Assembly: GCA_945887855.1 (NCBI GenBank)
Contig: CAMCZP010000011.1
Location: 2,466 to 66,465, forward strand
Length of the DNA stretch: 64,000 nucleotides
Origin: Leptospira interrogans serovar Manilae
GTDB lineage: Bacteria > Spirochaetota > Leptospiria > Leptospirales > Leptospiraceae
Direction of reading: 5' to 3'
Positions 18,250 to 28,155 of this stretch are shown here, piece after piece. The stretch's first letter is position 1; the number at the start of each line of letters is the position of its first letter. A program made the position numbers and the translations under genes. A model generated the notes under the pieces. It did not search any database. It was not told where the DNA came from and saw only the letters and a program-made list of their open reading frames with translations.

Positions 18250-20386
18250 CCTTTAGCAATTTTAAAAATTCATCAGCTTCTTGGAATTTATTCAGTTTAC
18301 GATTGATCCGAATTGCCAGTTTTAGACCATGCTTGTCGCCCGGCTTGTCTCCTAAAAAGTCTGTGACCTGTTTTTCTGCTATTTCAAAGTTTTTCAAATG
18401 ATAATTGAGTGTTGCCATTTGAAAATTTAATCCATAAAATGTAGGTATTAGTTCCCTTGCAAAGGTGAGAGATTTCTGAGCATCTTCGAAACGTCTATCT
18501 TTCATGAGCCTAACTCCATCATTAAACACATTAGCAAATGTAGACCATCTGGGATCTAATTCAATTCCAACAATAGATATATCATCCCGAACTGGTGCCC
18601 CTCTCATGAAATCTTTTAGATTTTCTGAAATTGACTCTACAGTTTCTTTCAATGAAACAGTTTTATGAAGTTTAACTAATTCTAACAATCGATCCAGACC
18701 GAATTGCTCACCAGCTAGATTTTTATGTTCTATAACTCCATCAGTATAAAGTATAATTCTATCACCACTGCTCAATTTAGTAGTACCATTTTCATAAAAC
18801 TCATTAGCTTCTAGCATTGAACCAATAAACATCCCATTTGTATCAAGTAGCTCACATGTCCCTTTTTTATAGGCATACTTTATAGCATTTGGATGCCCTC
18901 CACTTCCAAAAATCACACGATTTCTTTGGTCAATCTTTAACAAAAAACAAGTTAGATAATCACTTGTTTCAACTCTATTTACTATGATTTCATTTACTTG
19001 CCTAAAGATTTCATCTGGATTTAAAGACTCATGTACCACATTTGAAAATGCTTGTTTTGCAAGCATGGTAATAAGTGCAGCTGGAACACCATGTCCGGAA
19101 ACATCAGCTAGTAGTACAAAAACATGGCCGGAGAGTCTGAATATATCGTAATAATCTCCAGACACCTTACCCATTGGTTGATAGTAAGCTGCAAAGTTAA
19201 TTCCATTCCAGGGAGATAAATTTGTAGGGATAATTCCTTTTTGTATGTCAGCAGCAAAATCTAATTCCGTTTCCATGATGAACTCTTTATCACGGATTTT
19301 TTCCATTGCTATGTTCAAATCTTTTGTTCTACTTTGAACTTTTTCTTCTAGATGCTGTTGGTATTCGAGCAATTTCTTTGATGCATTGTTGATTCCAAGT
19401 GTTACATTTATAAATTCTTTATCTAATGACCTAGAATGAATTAATCCTAAACCACCTCGAATCAAATCATGTGATGCAAATTCAATTTGCTTTAATGAAT
19501 CATAAATCAACTTGAAGATTGTATTCGCCAAGAGAACTGAGACTAATATACTTATTACAAAGAAATTAATAATTTGCTCAAGGTCATTCCTATTGAAGTA
19601 CGTCAATACATTTGATAAGAAAAGATTCACTGTGAAAAGAAGTAAGAAAAAAAACATTTTCATTCGAACTGTTGCTGTTGCACGATCTACATAGGGAATT
19701 TTTTTCTTTGCCATTATTTCTTTGCACATTTCTCTCATTTTACCCGTCAAGGATTCAGATAAAACATAAGCAAACGTAAATGCTAAAAAGACTATGATTA
19801 CAACAATTACACAAATCGAAATTATGACAGACTTATTAATACCTTCCGTATAGATTGATACACCTAAGACCAAAACGGAAGCTGTCCCTATCCACCCCAC
19901 CAAATTTAAAGCATTAAAAAGAGGGTAATACATTAAAGATCTGGAAAGTATCTTATAATCCGTATCTGGTAAATCTTGTTTGATATTTATATCAGGATAT
20001 GTAATTATCATCCGATTAATATTTTTTATATGTTTAAAAAAACCGGGCACTTTAAGTTTATACAACATGCCATTTTGTATTGCAACAATTACCCAATAAA
20101 AAATAATCAAATTTTTTAGAAATCCCATAAATTGTTGAGATACAATTAGATTGACTGCATCAAAGTAGTACAATGTAAAAAATGATGCAACAACACCGGC
20201 TATACCTGCTGAGAATATTGATACTGCAAATATATAGGAGGTAAACCTAGCAATTGTTCTAAATAAAAAATCAAAGATTAGATAGGGAATATTATAAATT
20301 TGGAATTTGTTTTTTGAATGATTCATTTTTTGGAAGGTTTCGTTTGTGGTAATTCTCATTACCACCTGTGTCCATAACCCTTGCAA
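18209..20386 (-). CDS. Membrane sensor SpoIIE/PP2C serine phosphatase with HAMP-like linker and C-terminal TPR-like region
   Basis: 725 aa with multiple TM helices and a coiled linker. PP2C motifs VSGDYYDI and LLADVSGHGVPAAL; helical-repeat tail. Confidence 0.8.
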   Translation of the reverse strand: MQGLWTQVVMRITTNETFQKMNHSKNKFQIYNIPYLIFDFLFRTIARFTSYIFAVSIFSAGIAGVVASFFTLYYFDAVNLIVSQQFMGFLKNLIIFYWVIVAIQNGMLYKLKVPGFFKHIKNINRMIITYPDINIKQDLPDTDYKILSRSLMYYPLFNALNLVGWIGTASVLVLGVSIYTEGINKSVIISICVIVVIIVFLAFTFAYVLSESLTGKMREMCKEIMAKKKIPYVDRATATVRMKMFFFLLLFTVNLFLSNVLTYFNRNDLEQIINFFVISILVSVLLANTIFKLIYDSLKQIEFASHDLIRGGLGLIHSRSLDKEFINVTLGINNASKKLLEYQQHLEEKVQSRTKDLNIAMEKIRDKEFIMETELDFAADIQKGIIPTNLSPWNGINFAAYYQPMGKVSGDYYDIFRLSGHVFVLLADVSGHGVPAALITMLAKQAFSNVVHESLNPDEIFRQVNEIIVNRVETSDYLTCFLLKIDQRNRVIFGSGGHPNAIKYAYKKGTCELLDTNGMFIGSMLEANEFYENGTTKLSSGDRIILYTDGVIEHKNLAGEQFGLDRLLELVKLHKTVSLKETVESISENLKDFMRGAPVRDDISIVGIELDPRWSTFANVFNDGVRLMKDRRFEDAQKSLTFARELIPTFYGLNFQMATLNYHLKNFEIAEKQVTDFLGDKPGDKHGLKLAIRINRKLNKFQEADEFLKLLKDVSPRDAKRLSIK

Positions 20387-20449
20387 GTATTTATTTTAAG
20401 CTTGCAAATCCTACTATTTTCGATACGATTGTAAGGGTTATTTATAGGG

Positions 20450-20896
20450 GTGTGCATGGCTGATACAGTTTTACTTTTTCATTCTTACTTTCGATGGTTA
20501 GTCTTATTTCTTTTTTTAGATTCATCATTATTTTTAATTATTTCCTTAAAAAACAAAAATTTTTCTAAAATTTTCAAATTATTACATAAAATTACCTCAA
20601 TTGCCATGAGTATTCAATTTCTCATAGGAATTCTTCTCTATTCCATAAGTCCTGTAGTTGCATCTGCCCTCGAGAATATGGGAAAGGCAATGAAAGATAA
20701 AGAGCTAAGGTTTTTCAGTGTAGAACACACTCTCACTATGATATTAGCTTTAGGCTTATTCCATGCATCAAATGCTAAAATTAAAAAAGATGAGATTCCT
20801 TTTGAAAATAAATACAAGTTCATAGTTTCATCCTATGTAATTTTAATTGTCTTTTTTTCAATTGGGATTCCCTGGTTTAGACCATTCCTTAGATGA
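20450..20896 (+). CDS. Small polytopic membrane protein
   Basis: 148 aa with about 4 TM segments. ATGA overlap with the downstream sensor phosphatase gene. Confidence 0.45.
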   Translation: MCMADTVLLFHSYFRWLVLFLFLDSSLFLIISLKNKNFSKIFKLLHKITSIAMSIQFLIGILLYSISPVVASALENMGKAMKDKELRFFSVEHTLTMILALGLFHASNAKIKKDEIPFENKYKFIVSSYVILIVFFSIGIPWFRPFLR

Positions 20897-22938
20897 TTCA
20901 CTTCACCGGATTATTTTTTATTTGGTTTCTTCTTATAGGCAGGCTTTCAAGTGAACCAATTTATTTAAAAGATATAACTGATAATCGTGAATATATTAAA
21001 AATGTATATTACTTAGAAGATCCAAAAAATAGTTTCTTAATTAGTGATATTTTAGAGGATTCTAATTTTACTTTTAAAAAAATTGATAAAAATTTTATAA
21101 ACTTTTATATTACTAAATCTTCTTATTGGTTAAAATTAGAAATTGAAAATAATTCAAACTCATCAGATTGGTGGATTGAAGTAGCCAATGGAAATATAGA
21201 TGACATACGCTTTTATTTTTATACAGATGCATGGTCTGAAATTAGGGGAGGAGATGAGCAGGTAGATAAAAATTTACCTGAAGATACAAATTTTCAAATT
21301 TTTCCACTTCATTTAAATGTTTTTGAAAAAAAAATATACTACATAAAAGTAAGTGGCCATGAAATGATAGAATTACCACTTACTATTTCAAGTGGAAAAG
21401 ATATAAAAAGTAATATAAGTTTAAGATATTATATATTAGGTTTATATATAGGATCTATGATTGCATTTTTTATTTATAATTTTATTTTATTCATTTCATT
21501 AAAAGAAAAGGTTTTTGGATACTACTCTCTTTATATTTTATCGGGATTGGCTGTTTTTACCTATGTAAATGGTAGCTTTCCGAATTTTGGAATTTTTAAA
21601 TTTTTCCTACTACACCCAAATCTACTTATAATCTTTTCTTCGATATGTAGCATAGTCTTTACAATGGAATTTTTAAAAACTAAACTAAATACTCCCCTTA
21701 TGCATTCAATTTTAAAACTTTTTATTTATTTGTTTATTTCATTGATTCCAATGGTATTATTGGTTGATAAACACTTCAGTTCTATCTTTGTATATATAGT
21801 AAGTATTTTTATTGTAGGAGTTTTTATTTTTACCGGCTTTTTGTCTAATTCGAATAATGATGGAAAAAGAAATAAATTGTATATTATATCATGGCTACTT
21901 TTCTATTTTGGAATAATCATTCAAATTTTACACAGCTCAGGTATAGTAATTTCTAATATAGTAACTATTTATACAATACCTTTTGGAAATACCATTTCTG
22001 TTATATTGATTTCAATATCCCTTGGAGAAAAAATTCAAGGTTATCAAACCAGAGAAATAGAAGCCAATTTGTTATCAGAAAAAACAATCTCAGAAAGTAA
22101 GAAATTTTTGGATGAGCATACATCCAATTTAGAAGTCAAAATCACTGAAAGAACAAATTCAATTTACACCCAAAAATTAATATTAGAAGAAAAAAATAAA
22201 AATCTAGAAAAAGAGATCAATATGGCGGGCAAGCTTCAGTCATCTCTAATGCCACATAAAGATAAAACATTTAAAAATCTCAGATATGATTATCTTTATA
22301 AACCTATGATGGGTGTAGGTGGAGATTTTATTGACATACGGGAAGGTAAAAAAAATACACATATTGGTGTTTTTATCTGTGATATTTCCGGTCATGGAAT
22401 TGTAGCCTCATTGATTGCTTCTATGGTTAAAATATCTTTGCAATATTGGGAAAATACTCTTACAAAACCTGCATCTGTATCAGAACTAGTTTTAAAAAAT
22501 CTATCGGGAACACTTGATAGAAACTTTCTAACTGCAATCATTGGATTTATGAATACAAGAACTGGGGAATTCAAATTTGCAAATGCGGGACATCCACCTT
22601 TAGCTTTTTTACCAAAAAATAAAGATTCTGTACTACTAAATGCCCGAGGAAAAATGATTGTAGAAATCATGAAACCTAATTGTGAAGAAAAATCAATTCA
22701 TCTAGAAGATGGTGATAAAATTGTTCTATATACAGATGGTATCACTGAAACTAGATCATTAGAAGGAGAGATGATAGGAGAAGAAGTATTTTTAAAATTT
22801 CTTGATAGTATAAAATCTAAAACACCGGAGGAGATTGTGAAACTTGTTTCAAAATACCTAGACACATATTCATCCAATACTCCAATGGAAGATGATTGCA
22901 CAATGTTGGTATTTGAGTTTTATCGCGAAAAAGATTAA
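20893..22938 (+). CDS. 7TMR-DISM-type sensor fused to SpoIIE/PP2C phosphatase
   Basis: 681 aa. Periplasmic DISMED2-like N-terminus (YWLKLEIEN...WWIEV), seven TM helices, a coiled coil, and PP2C motifs VGGDFIDI and ICDISGHGIVASL. Confidence 0.8.
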   Translation: MIHFTGLFFIWFLLIGRLSSEPIYLKDITDNREYIKNVYYLEDPKNSFLISDILEDSNFTFKKIDKNFINFYITKSSYWLKLEIENNSNSSDWWIEVANGNIDDIRFYFYTDAWSEIRGGDEQVDKNLPEDTNFQIFPLHLNVFEKKIYYIKVSGHEMIELPLTISSGKDIKSNISLRYYILGLYIGSMIAFFIYNFILFISLKEKVFGYYSLYILSGLAVFTYVNGSFPNFGIFKFFLLHPNLLIIFSSICSIVFTMEFLKTKLNTPLMHSILKLFIYLFISLIPMVLLVDKHFSSIFVYIVSIFIVGVFIFTGFLSNSNNDGKRNKLYIISWLLFYFGIIIQILHSSGIVISNIVTIYTIPFGNTISVILISISLGEKIQGYQTREIEANLLSEKTISESKKFLDEHTSNLEVKITERTNSIYTQKLILEEKNKNLEKEINMAGKLQSSLMPHKDKTFKNLRYDYLYKPMMGVGGDFIDIREGKKNTHIGVFICDISGHGIVASLIASMVKISLQYWENTLTKPASVSELVLKNLSGTLDRNFLTAIIGFMNTRTGEFKFANAGHPPLAFLPKNKDSVLLNARGKMIVEIMKPNCEEKSIHLEDGDKIVLYTDGITETRSLEGEMIGEEVFLKFLDSIKSKTPEEIVKLVSKYLDTYSSNTPMEDDCTMLVFEFYREKD

Positions 22939-22942
22939 AAAA

Positions 22943-23542
22943 ATGAAAATTATAATTATATTATTTTTTCAATTTAGTATGTTATTTTCAACTGATACTC
23001 CTATAGTTGAGCCCACAAATCCTATAACTCCCACTCCTCCTAGTATCCCAGACCAGCCCAAAAAAGAAAAAAAAGGGAAGAAACAAATAGATATTCTCTT
23101 AAAATTATGTGATGGCAGAGAAGTAAGTGGAAGAATAGAGTATAACAAAGAAGATTTAGTTTTCCAACATGAAAAGGAAGGCATTAAATATACAAAAAAA
23201 ATACAAATGCAAAGTATTAAACAAATTTATATTTTAAACTATATATCCAAACAAGTAAAAAAAACAAAAGATGGAACCGCATTTCAATTTGATCCTGGTG
23301 AACTTGAAATCACTTTAAAAGATAATGATATCTTTAAAATTTCCAATCTCAATACTTCAGAGTTTCAAAAGATGGAATTACAAAATTCCAATGGTTCCAC
23401 CACCCTCTATTCATATTGGATCGATCTACTTTTCGAATCAGGAAAATGGTACTCCAAACTTCCACCTATAAAAGGAAATCAGAGAGTGGATTGCCATCCT
23501 GATGTCATTAGAATGATACGATTTGAATCAATTTCAGAGTAA
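22943..23542 (+). CDS. Hypothetical secreted protein
   Basis: I chose the start at MKIIIILFF (22943), 4 nt after the upstream stop. Signal peptide followed by a Pro-rich linker. Confidence 0.45.
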   Translation: MKIIIILFFQFSMLFSTDTPIVEPTNPITPTPPSIPDQPKKEKKGKKQIDILLKLCDGREVSGRIEYNKEDLVFQHEKEGIKYTKKIQMQSIKQIYILNYISKQVKKTKDGTAFQFDPGELEITLKDNDIFKISNLNTSEFQKMELQNSNGSTTLYSYWIDLLFESGKWYSKLPPIKGNQRVDCHPDVIRMIRFESISE

Positions 23543-24919
23543 TTTCTTAAGAGAATTTAGAAAAATTTGGATTTCTTCTTCTGAGTTTACCGTTGTGTTC
23601 AAAATATGCTGCGGCTGTTTTTCTCTATCAAACCAAAATCCACCCGTCACAAGACCAACTTCTTCAGCAGCAGCTAAATAAAAAACGGTATCCGCAGCCT
23701 GTCTTGGATTTCTCAAAATTAATTTTGTAAACTCATAAAACATGGGAAGACTCTCCCGAACAGCATCCGTATCTGCCCATCCGGGGTGCATAGAATAAGA
23801 ATGAATTCCTTTTGCCTGAAGGCTTTCCGCCCAATAGTCTGAAAGTATCACAAGTCCTCTTTTAGCTCTTGCATATGCTATGGCACCATTGTAATCATTT
23901 TCACTCATAGGATCATCCGTATCAACCTTTTGGGTGTACATCCCTCCACTAGATACATTTATGATCCGAGGAGATTTACTTTTTTCTAAAATAGGCAATA
24001 ATTTTTCAGTTAAAACAAAGGGTGAATATAAGAGCAGTGCAACAGATTTTTCAAAGCCTTCTCCCGTAACAGCTCTTTCATTAAAAAGTGCCCCTGCATT
24101 GTTTACTAATATATCTAAAATAGAAAAATTAGATTTTATTTTTTCAGCTAATTTTTTAGTTTCTTCCAATATTGAAAGGTCGCAGGGTTCAATATAAATA
24201 TTGGCATTCCCTGTTTCATGTTGGATTTTATCTTTAGCTATTTTTAATCTTTCAAGATTTTTACTAACAAGTATTACACTTGCTCCATTTCTTGCCAAAC
24301 ACATAGCTGTTTCAAATCCAATTCCAGTTGATGCTCCTGTGACAACGGCAGTTTTACCGAATAAATTTTCAGTCAAAGCTCTATAATTTTTTTTAACAGA
24401 ATTGTAACCTAATTTACTAAAATCAAAGATAACCGGTAATAAAAATTTATAAAGCTGAGCATTCATTTTATTTTCAACAATTGGCATTGGTCTCGACAAT
24501 GCTTTTTTCATACCTGTAAATGCAGTCTGCGCAGTAAACTTCAATAGAACTTTAAAAACTGGCTCAATGTTTTTCAATATTCCCTGGAAATCAAACTCAG
24601 CAGTATAAATTATTCTGGTGCCTAATACGTTTTCCTCAAATTCAATAGTATCCACTACAATTAAATTTTCTGACTCACCTCTATAAACTACCTTTTTATT
24701 CAGTATATATTCTTCCAAAGTGTATGTCATGGGAATAGATCTTCCCATAAAATTTGCTTGTACTACAAATTTTGTTCCAATTCTAAGAATCCCTTCTGTA
24801 ATTTTTTCAACAGATTCAATTCCAAAATCCCACTCAGGAAGGTTTGAAAAATTACTCAAAAAAGAAAAACTTTTCTTATATTCCTGTTCAACATCGATTA
24901 TCTCTTCAAACTTTAGCAT
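23534..24919 (-). CDS. SRPBCC (polyketide cyclase-like) domain fused to short-chain dehydrogenase
   Basis: 461 aa. The N-terminal ~140 aa are SRPBCC-like. The SDR part has VTGASTGIG, NNAG and YARAK. Confidence 0.7.
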   Translation of the reverse strand: MLKFEEIIDVEQEYKKSFSFLSNFSNLPEWDFGIESVEKITEGILRIGTKFVVQANFMGRSIPMTYTLEEYILNKKVVYRGESENLIVVDTIEFEENVLGTRIIYTAEFDFQGILKNIEPVFKVLLKFTAQTAFTGMKKALSRPMPIVENKMNAQLYKFLLPVIFDFSKLGYNSVKKNYRALTENLFGKTAVVTGASTGIGFETAMCLARNGASVILVSKNLERLKIAKDKIQHETGNANIYIEPCDLSILEETKKLAEKIKSNFSILDILVNNAGALFNERAVTGEGFEKSVALLLYSPFVLTEKLLPILEKSKSPRIINVSSGGMYTQKVDTDDPMSENDYNGAIAYARAKRGLVILSDYWAESLQAKGIHSYSMHPGWADTDAVRESLPMFYEFTKLILRNPRQAADTVFYLAAAEEVGLVTGGFWFDREKQPQHILNTTVNSEEEIQIFLNSLKKLL

Positions 24920-24935
24920 CTCTGTACATTTCTCC

Positions 24936-25613
24936 TCAAAAGCTTTCTCTATCTATTTTTAAAATCTTACGCTCTGTTTTTACTATTACACCGGGTATAT
25001 TTAAATTATCAGATCCCATATAGGCAGAATTTTTTCCCTCTACATTGAGTTTTACACCCTTGACTTCCGAAAATTCCATCACAGTGTATACCAACTGGTC
25101 TATTCTATCCTTCATCAAATCTTTACCTGTATTCTCTTCAAACTCTTCGGGAAGTGTAATATGTAAAATCCCATCTCGTAGGCGAATTTTTTTTATAAAT
25201 TTAAAACCGGGTGGCAGTCCGGATATCACACCCTTGCTCTCCTCTTCCCCCGTGGGTCCTTTTGCCAACTCCTCCAAAGCATTCCAAACTCTTTTTTTTA
25301 AAGAACCTTTTAAGGTGCGAGAGACTTTTACTAAAGAAGATGTCACATGCTTTCCCCTGGAATTGAACTTTAAAAAGAAAATTCCCTGTTCGGTAATTTT
25401 ATTTTTTGAGAATTTCTTTTGGGTATTCCCAAACTCCATTGGATCCTCAGATATTTCTGGAAGGTTGATCATGGAGTTTTTAAAAACTTGGGAGGATTTT
25501 TGAAATGAAAATCCATTTGTATATTCTAATGAGGTTCCCTTATCAAGAACAACCAAAACAACTAAGATAATTACCTGGTAAGTAAGGATTGATTTTGGGG
25601 AAATTTCGTCCAT
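24936..25613 (-). CDS. GerMN domain protein
   Basis: 225 aa. LEELAKGPTGEEESKGVISGLPPG...LHITLPEEF...IDQLVYTVMEF..VKGVKLNVEG matches the GerMN pattern. Confidence 0.6.
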   Translation of the reverse strand: MDEISPKSILTYQVIILVVLVVLDKGTSLEYTNGFSFQKSSQVFKNSMINLPEISEDPMEFGNTQKKFSKNKITEQGIFFLKFNSRGKHVTSSLVKVSRTLKGSLKKRVWNALEELAKGPTGEEESKGVISGLPPGFKFIKKIRLRDGILHITLPEEFEENTGKDLMKDRIDQLVYTVMEFSEVKGVKLNVEGKNSAYMGSDNLNIPGVIVKTERKILKIDRESF

Positions 25614-25639
25614 GTGAAATGCTCACAGACATTCTTCTT

Positions 25640-26404
25640 CTATCCCTCTACTGAAGCAAGAAGTTCCTTATATGCCATGCGGATATCCCCTGACTTCATA
25701 AAGTAGGTTCCAACCAGTACTGAGTCTGCATACTTCAGCATATTTTTTAAATCATTCGAAGTTTGGATTCCTGACTCCCCCACGCGATGAATAGAATTGG
25801 GCAAACTGGGGGAGATTTCAGCCACAACATTTGGTAGAATCTGGAAGGTATCCAAGTCCCTGGTATTGATCCCTATAATTTTTGCCCCTGCGCCCAGTGC
25901 CATCTTGGCTTCTTCTTTAGTATGGATTTCTACAAGGACTTCCAAGTGCAAGGAATGGGCGTAGTCTAGGAGTTCTGCGAGTTTTGCTGGAGTCAATATT
26001 CTTGCAATCAGGAGAATGGCAGAAGCTCCAAAGTACCTCGCTTCCTGGATTTGTAATTTGTCGATGATAAAATCTTTTCGTAGCACAGGAATTCTAACTG
26101 CTTCTGACACCAATTTGAGGTGATCGATGTGTCCCATAAAAAAATTTTGGTCTGTGAGGACAGAAATAGCACCTGCACCCATTGCTTCATAGTCTTTGGC
26201 AATTGCTTTGGGATCATACTCAGCGCGAATGACACCTGCGGAGGGAGAGCCTTTTTTGCATTCAGCTATGATGGAGATTTTTTGTTTTTTTAAAGATTCA
26301 CTAAAAGATGGAGGTGGGGGTGGAAAATTTGTATAATTCTGGATGAACCTAAGTTCTCTTTTTTTTTCATCCAGAATTTTTTGAAGAACTGGATGAAAAG
26401 TCAA
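25640..26404 (-). CDS. trpC: Indole-3-glycerol-phosphate synthase
   Basis: 254 aa. IIAECKKGSPSAG, ISVLTD, RKDFI and the typical TIM-barrel layout. TTG start overlaps the STAS stop (TTGA). Confidence 0.9.
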   Translation of the reverse strand: MTFHPVLQKILDEKKRELRFIQNYTNFPPPPPSFSESLKKQKISIIAECKKGSPSAGVIRAEYDPKAIAKDYEAMGAGAISVLTDQNFFMGHIDHLKLVSEAVRIPVLRKDFIIDKLQIQEARYFGASAILLIARILTPAKLAELLDYAHSLHLEVLVEIHTKEEAKMALGAGAKIIGINTRDLDTFQILPNVVAEISPSLPNSIHRVGESGIQTSNDLKNMLKYADSVLVGTYFMKSGDIRMAYKELLASVEG

Positions 26405-26736
26405 ACAAAGGAAGCTAGTGCTTCTTCTTCAGAAGAGTAGATATCAAATAGAGAAGTCAACTCTATGACATCAAAGATACGCTTGACCGCAGGTTTGATA
26501 TTGCACATTTTTAAAGATCCCTCTTTTGCATTTAACTTACGGAGGGTACTTATACAAGCTCTAAATCCAGAGGAGGACATATAATCAATGCCGTCCATAT
26601 TCAAAACTACCAGCTTGTGATCCCCACTGTCTATCAATTCTGCTAAGCCTTCTTCCACTTCATTGGCAACGGAAACATCCAGCCTTCCCTCTAAATATAC
26701 TACCAAGATCCCATTTTTTATTGTATTATTCAGCAA
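26401..26736 (-). CDS. STAS-domain anti-sigma-factor antagonist (SpoIIAA-like)
   Basis: 111 aa. DYMSSSGFRA contains the phosphorylatable Ser motif (D..SS.G). Confidence 0.85.
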   Translation of the reverse strand: MLNNTIKNGILVVYLEGRLDVSVANEVEEGLAELIDSGDHKLVVLNMDGIDYMSSSGFRACISTLRKLNAKEGSLKMCNIKPAVKRIFDVIELTSLFDIYSSEEEALASFV

Positions 26737-26802
26737 TTGTTTATCCCGAAAAAGTATTCAATTTTTCCTATATCTATAATATCGTGCTAAAGGACACTTT
26801 GT

Positions 26803-28155
26803 ATGCAAGAAATATTTATCTCTTCAATAAAAGAAAAAATAGACAAATCCGAGAAAATCTGTGTCTTTGGTGGGGGTACTACAGGATTAGAAGTGATTTC
26901 TTTCTTAAAAAATCATAAAAAAGATTTTTTTTTAATCGATGCAAATTCTGAACCCAAAGAGTACCCTGTTTTCAAAGACACGGAATCCTTTGGGTCTCTT
27001 CCAAAATTTTCCCTTATGATCAAAAGCCCCGGTGTCTCTCCATTCCATCCTCTCTTGCTCACCACCCATAACAATGGTATTCCCGTTCTAAGTGAAATTG
27101 CACTTGCCAGGGCTTACTTTACAGGGAAAATTCTTGGGATAACCGGTACAGATGGAAAATCTACCACAACATCTCTCACACACCACATTCTTTCCTCCAT
27201 CCACCCAAAAACCAAAATTGGAGGAAACTTTGGAATTCCCTTTGTCCAATTTTGTGAGGAAAAGTTAGATTTTGCTGTTTTGGAATTGAGTAGCTACCAG
27301 CTGGAAGATTCGATTCCGCTAGGTTTGGATTCATCATCTTTTTTAAATTTGGCAAATGATCATTTAGAACGCCACAAGAACATGGAGAATTATAAAAATG
27401 CTAAGCTAAAGATAGTAACTAAAGATAATAAAGATCATACATTTATTTTGAATGAAAGATTAAAAAATGTAATCAATACCTCAGGATTTATTTGTAAGAC
27501 CAAAGACTTTGGAACATCTGATTCTTGTTCTGCAAGAATTTTAGTGGATGAAAAAAAAATTGTGACACAAAATTATTCTTATTCTACCAATGAATTCCCT
27601 CTATTAGGATTTCATAATTTAGAAAACTTAGCCGCCGCTATACTTTTAGCGGAAAGTGTAAATTGTAATTCGGACTTAATACAAAAATCAATTTTTAATT
27701 TTAAGGGATTGAAATACAGATTTGAAAAAGTACATACATATAGAGATGCTATTTTTATCAATGACTCCAAATCCACCAACTTGCATAGCTTATTATCTGG
27801 AATTCATGGATATACAAGTGATGATAGAACTGTCTTACTTTTGGGAGGAAGACCCAAATTAGAACCTATAGATGATTTGGTAAGTAGAATCAAATCCCTA
27901 AAGCCCGTTAAAGTTTTTATCTATGGGGAAGCAGGAAATATCTGGAAGGATTCTCTCTCATCCATAGAAGTACATATAGTTTCTGATCCTAAATCAGCCT
28001 TAGAAATCCTATACAAAGAATGGAAATTTCTTTCTCCAAAATATATTATTTTTTCACCCGGATGTGCAAGTTTTGATTTGTATAAAAATTTTGAGGAGAG
28101 GGGAAGAATTTATACCGATCTTGTAAAAGAATTGTTTTTTTTAAAGGATATTTGA
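26803..28155 (+). CDS. murD: UDP-N-acetylmuramoylalanine--D-glutamate ligase
   Basis: 450 aa. GITGTDGKSTT P-loop, Mur ligase middle and C-terminal domains, NDSKSTN. Confidence 0.9.
   Translation: MQEIFISSIKEKIDKSEKICVFGGGTTGLEVISFLKNHKKDFFLIDANSEPKEYPVFKDTESFGSLPKFSLMIKSPGVSPFHPLLLTTHNNGIPVLSEIALARAYFTGKILGITGTDGKSTTTSLTHHILSSIHPKTKIGGNFGIPFVQFCEEKLDFAVLELSSYQLEDSIPLGLDSSSFLNLANDHLERHKNMENYKNAKLKIVTKDNKDHTFILNERLKNVINTSGFICKTKDFGTSDSCSARILVDEKKIVTQNYSYSTNEFPLLGFHNLENLAAAILLAESVNCNSDLIQKSIFNFKGLKYRFEKVHTYRDAIFINDSKSTNLHSLLSGIHGYTSDDRTVLLLGGRPKLEPIDDLVSRIKSLKPVKVFIYGEAGNIWKDSLSSIEVHIVSDPKSALEILYKEWKFLSPKYIIFSPGCASFDLYKNFEERGRIYTDLVKELFFLKDI

Noticed and set aside
26721-26918. 65-aa ORF overlapping the murD start region
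   Set aside because: It is out of frame with murD, which has a full-length Mur ligase signature starting at 26803. The sequence is low-complexity.
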